DNA of 64,000 nt from Entomortierella parvispora E1425 (taxonomy: Eukaryota; Fungi; Mortierellomycota): positions 1,922,001-1,986,000 of the forward strand of contig BQFW01000011.1 in NCBI GenBank assembly GCA_020891255.1. The letters run 5' to 3'. Both the position numbers and the translations under genes were made by a program. Below the pieces are notes generated by a model. The model searched no databases. It was given only the letters and a program-made list of their open reading frames with translations, and was not told the origin of the DNA. Every line of letters begins with the position of its first letter. Position 1 is the stretch's first letter. Below, one piece after another: positions 60,677 through 64,000 of this stretch.

Positions 60677-63070
60677 CTATTGAGACCAGTGCTGGATATC
60701 AAAGTGGAGGGGCGGTGTCCGGTGCCTGCTTAGGCCCTTCAATAACCTCGGAAACAGGCTCCACTCAATGTCCCCTTCCTCTTCGGGCTCCTTGTCATCA
60801 TTGTCAAGATGGTTCCTCTCCTCCGTTGTCTTCCCTCGAGATTGAATTTCTTCCGGCGATGTCTGGTCAAACCGAAGGCGCGCTGGAACCTGTGATCGAT
60901 GTCGTCGTTGCTGCTGACCCATATCCAGCCCCAATTCGAGCTCACGAAGCTGCGTCATCTGCTTGATAGCTCCAAACAGTCCTCTGGTTGTCAAACGTTG
61001 GGTCGGACAAAGCTCTTTTCGGCTCTGGCCCCTCTCTTCCACAGGGAGGAATGTCCTGCAATGGACCATCCTCAATCGCCTCAAATTTGGAAGAGCCGTC
61101 GGCTGGGACATGTGAGTCATCTCTGAATCTGTCACGACCCAGGGTCCCATCAACTCTAGCTGTCGCAACGACTGAGGTGCATGGTCCAAAAGCAGATTCA
61201 GAGAGGACACATCGGGCTCAATCCCACAAGGACGTGTGTTCAATACCAAGACCAAGAGTTGAGGGCAATGGGACAGAGAACGAAAGTCGAACGCCAGTGC
61301 AGCTATCTCGCCTTTGAGCTCGAGATGAACCAGTCGTGTCATGATGGGCGTAAAACAGAGTCGTGGAATGTCGCCGTGAACTACTCCTTCGTCGTTTTGG
61401 CTGCCATTTGCGGGTATATCCAGGGGCGGTTGGTCCTGTTGATGAGGTATCTGTGGCAGGAATTGCGACGATGGCAGCTCAGCTGGCGTAAAAACTTGTT
61501 GATATGGATCGACTCCAGCGTGTGCAAGTCCAGGGATCACAGCGGGGGCATCTTGATGATGATGGAGCTCGTCCTCTTCAAGGTCCAAATTCACAACTCT
61601 TTTCCAGGAGCTGGCTTTCAACGTCTGCAATGTCTCTGGATAAGCTTCTGTCGCTCCCATAAGCGCCCATACGACTGCCTGGGTCTCGCCTGCAAGACTC
61701 AATACCTCTAGTCCTGTGGAGGGAGGGAGTCGTTGATCTTCCACCACAAAGTCCGTGCTGCCGATGCTTCCTATCCTCTGGGCTTGCGGTACATCTTGAA
61801 TTATTTGCGAAGGACGCATCTTGGGCTCCTTTGAAATAGGCAAAAACGGATCCTTTTGATGAATAGCCTCCAAGGATGCGCGCCTCTTTTCGACCGCCCA
61901 TCGGAACAAATCTCCGTGGTTTGGAGCAATACAGAGCTGAAGTTCTCGCAAATGTCGTGCCGATTCCAAAAGCTTTTGCACGGGGCTGTTGACTGGCAAA
62001 GGAGGGTCCAGTCGAAGAAATAGCGACCGCAGGGATTGTACTGGGATCTGGCTGATATCCATGACGGCGCCCCGCCAGCCTGTGAGATCAATGACCACAG
62101 GCCGGTGCATCGACTGCAAGATCTTGTACAGATCCATTTTCCCGATGACTCCACTATCTCCTGTTCCGCCGATCCTGATCTCTGTCAGCTCTGTTGTGGA
62201 GGTCGGTATCTCTGATGACGGCGTCATTGTGTCTTTCCCGTCACCAACTGCAAGTTTGTAGGGCTCCTGGTGTCGCCTCAAAAACTCTATTGCGTCCTTG
62301 GGGTCGAAATCGAACTTGATGTCGTAAAACTCGACTCGTCGCAGCCTTCTTAGTCGACCCACGGCTTCCAAAAAGATACTCCCGACCCGCGTCACTGGTA
62401 TCGAAAGTGATTGAATCCTCTCGGGGTGGTGCATTAAGAACGCTTTTTCGATGCAAGCCCGTATCCTGTGCATGTCGCTCGAACTTGTCCATTGCTCCAT
62501 CTGGTAGCAGATCAGGGACGGGAACAGGCTCGGAAATGCATCCGAGATTGATGCGTGGTCTTGGTGAATGTAAAATTGGAGATAGTCGGTTGTCAACTCC
62601 TTTCTCTTGCTTCCCCCCGCCGCAGTTTTCGTTTGGGCACCATAGCCTGGTGCGTACAAGGTCGGAAAGTCGGTAGAGAACGGAGGAAGCTCCTCAGTCA
62701 CCCAGGGGTGGTGAATCACCGAACAGAGCAAGACCCAGAGTAGTTTGACTTGGCGTTTGTACTTGTCCCATGGTAGCTTGTCGCCATCGTATTCTCGAAC
62801 CATCTGGAAGGGCGACCGATAGAGCAAGGGAACTGCTAGACGGAAGAACAACCGGTTGACACGTAGAAGCGAGTGAAGACCGGAGAGATCGCCCTCAAAA
62901 TGCGAGACGACAAGCTGAAGACATTCCGTGGGCAAGTCAGTGAGCAGCGGCGGCTGCTCAATAGTGGAAGAGCCAGGTGTAGCGACGATTGCGGGGTCGT
63001 TATGTCCTTTTTGGTTCAGTTTATCATTTTGAGCCTGACTTGATTCTCCGTCCAGTGCCGTGTAGTGCAT
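60677..63070 (-). CDS. F-box-like / RNI-like leucine-rich repeat protein, intronless
   Basis: LTDLPTECLQLVVSHF..LHSLLRVNRLFFRLAVPLLYRSPF; repeated LxxLxL segments (LRELQLCI, LRQLELMG, LRRLRMVHC). Confidence 0.8.
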   Translation of the reverse strand: MHYTALDGESSQAQNDKLNQKGHNDPAIVATPGSSTIEQPPLLTDLPTECLQLVVSHFEGDLSGLHSLLRVNRLFFRLAVPLLYRSPFQMVREYDGDKLPWDKYKRQVKLLWVLLCSVIHHPWVTEELPPFSTDFPTLYAPGYGAQTKTAAGGSKRKELTTDYLQFYIHQDHASISDAFPSLFPSLICYQMEQWTSSSDMHRIRACIEKAFLMHHPERIQSLSIPVTRVGSIFLEAVGRLRRLRRVEFYDIKFDFDPKDAIEFLRRHQEPYKLAVGDGKDTMTPSSEIPTSTTELTEIRIGGTGDSGVIGKMDLYKILQSMHRPVVIDLTGWRGAVMDISQIPVQSLRSLFLRLDPPLPVNSPVQKLLESARHLRELQLCIAPNHGDLFRWAVEKRRASLEAIHQKDPFLPISKEPKMRPSQIIQDVPQAQRIGSIGSTDFVVEDQRLPPSTGLEVLSLAGETQAVVWALMGATEAYPETLQTLKASSWKRVVNLDLEEDELHHHQDAPAVIPGLAHAGVDPYQQVFTPAELPSSQFLPQIPHQQDQPPLDIPANGSQNDEGVVHGDIPRLCFTPIMTRLVHLELKGEIAALAFDFRSLSHCPQLLVLVLNTRPCGIEPDVSSLNLLLDHAPQSLRQLELMGPWVVTDSEMTHMSQPTALPNLRRLRMVHCRTFLPVEERGQSRKELCPTQRLTTRGLFGAIKQMTQLRELELGLDMGQQQRRHRSQVPARLRFDQTSPEEIQSRGKTTEERNHLDNDDKEPEEEGDIEWSLFPRLLKGLSRHRTPPLHFDIQHWSQ

Positions 63071-63176
63071 CTTGGATGGGATGCAATGTGAAGTGGTGAG
63101 AGGATGGAGTGATGATGCATGCATGAAGTTGGTTGCACAGGCGCACATGGTCACATGATATAACGGTTTTTTTAAT

Positions 63177-64000
63177 TCAAGAAACGGACGACGACGACGT
63201 CGATGACACGTTCCTGGAGGGCTTGGACGACGACGTTCCCTGGGTAGATTTCCGGAAGAGCGAGAATCTCCCTTCTTTGCGCTTCTTGTGCTCATTCTCC
63301 TTGTATTGACCTTCGGCCTGGTTCTCAAAGTAACTAGGCTCAAACTGGGCAAGATGCCCCTTGATCCTCTGCACATAATCCTCAATTGAGAATCCACTGC
63401 CAATACTCTCCAAAAACGGCGTGTGGCGATACGGGGCAGTGTTGGCATCCAGTTCCATCAGTCTCTCCCAAAAGTCCTGTGCGCCTCCACTTGGGTAAGG
63501 GAATCGGACGTAATCCATCGCAAAGACCGTCAATGGAGGTGCAGGCAGGTTGAAAGTCTCTTGGATTTCTCGTGCCCAGGCGATTAAAGGGAGACGCGAT
63601 TGCGTGGCTGGCAACAGTTCAGGAGTTGCATGTGTAAAGACGATGATGACTTTCGGCCAGAAGGCTGGCGTAAGAAGACTCTGGTAGGTCTGCAGAGTCT
63701 GGTGCACGGTGTTGTCGTATCTATGAGCGGTTCAAAATCATCATTAGAGTCCCGGCATGTAATGTGCCATATTGTGCCATCATTGACATTTACCGCCGCT
63801 CTTCATTCGCACTTCTTGTTCACTCTTACCGATAGCGCGTGCACTTGACAACAAACAGGAACGCGTCCACGCCTCCTGCTACCAGTTTGAGCAAGTTTCC
63901 AATCTGCTCCACACGGTTAGGGTCGTGCAACTTTCCGTTGAAGGATGGCGTGTCGATACAATGCATCATGGGGTTCGAATCAATGTTAAGAAAATGGTTC
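63177..64000 (-). CDS. AIG1/GIMAP/Toc34-like P-loop GTPase, 5' end outside the window (partial)
   Basis: Frame from the window edge: HCIDTPSFNG..GGVDAFLFVVKCTRYR|YDNTVHQTL..FWPKVIIVFTH, matching the AIG1-type G3-G4 layout. G1 is not visible. Confidence 0.6.

Overview
Eukaryotic, intron-rich fungal DNA (about 50% GC, 80-130 nt GT-AG introns with CTRAC-like branch points, CT-rich tracts before start codons). Gene content and style fit Mucoromycota, probably Mortierellaceae; this is inferred, not demonstrated. I can support about 24 intact protein-coding genes. Recognisable ones are a HAD hydrolase, an RS-rich protein, ATG7, RHEB, MTR4, GAPDH, Ase1/MAP65, plasma-membrane H+-ATPase, CCR4, acyl-CoA oxidase, CreA/Mig1, YAF9, ALDH, F-box proteins, a WW protein and a partial AIG1-like GTPase. 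There is one clear pseudogene and one probable multi-exon gene relic. I found no tRNA, rRNA, CRISPR array or recognisable transposon. The most unusual signals are: (1) a PTS2-bearing acyl-CoA oxidase whose canonical catalytic Glu is replaced by Gly while a Glu appears at the LCAD/IVD-type helix-G position; (2) an F-box/TPR-like/EF-hand protein; (3) an intact orphan secreted protein beside a decayed tandem paralog; (4) a hidden three-intron relic between RHEB and MTR4. All exon models were read by eye and need RNA-seq confirmation.
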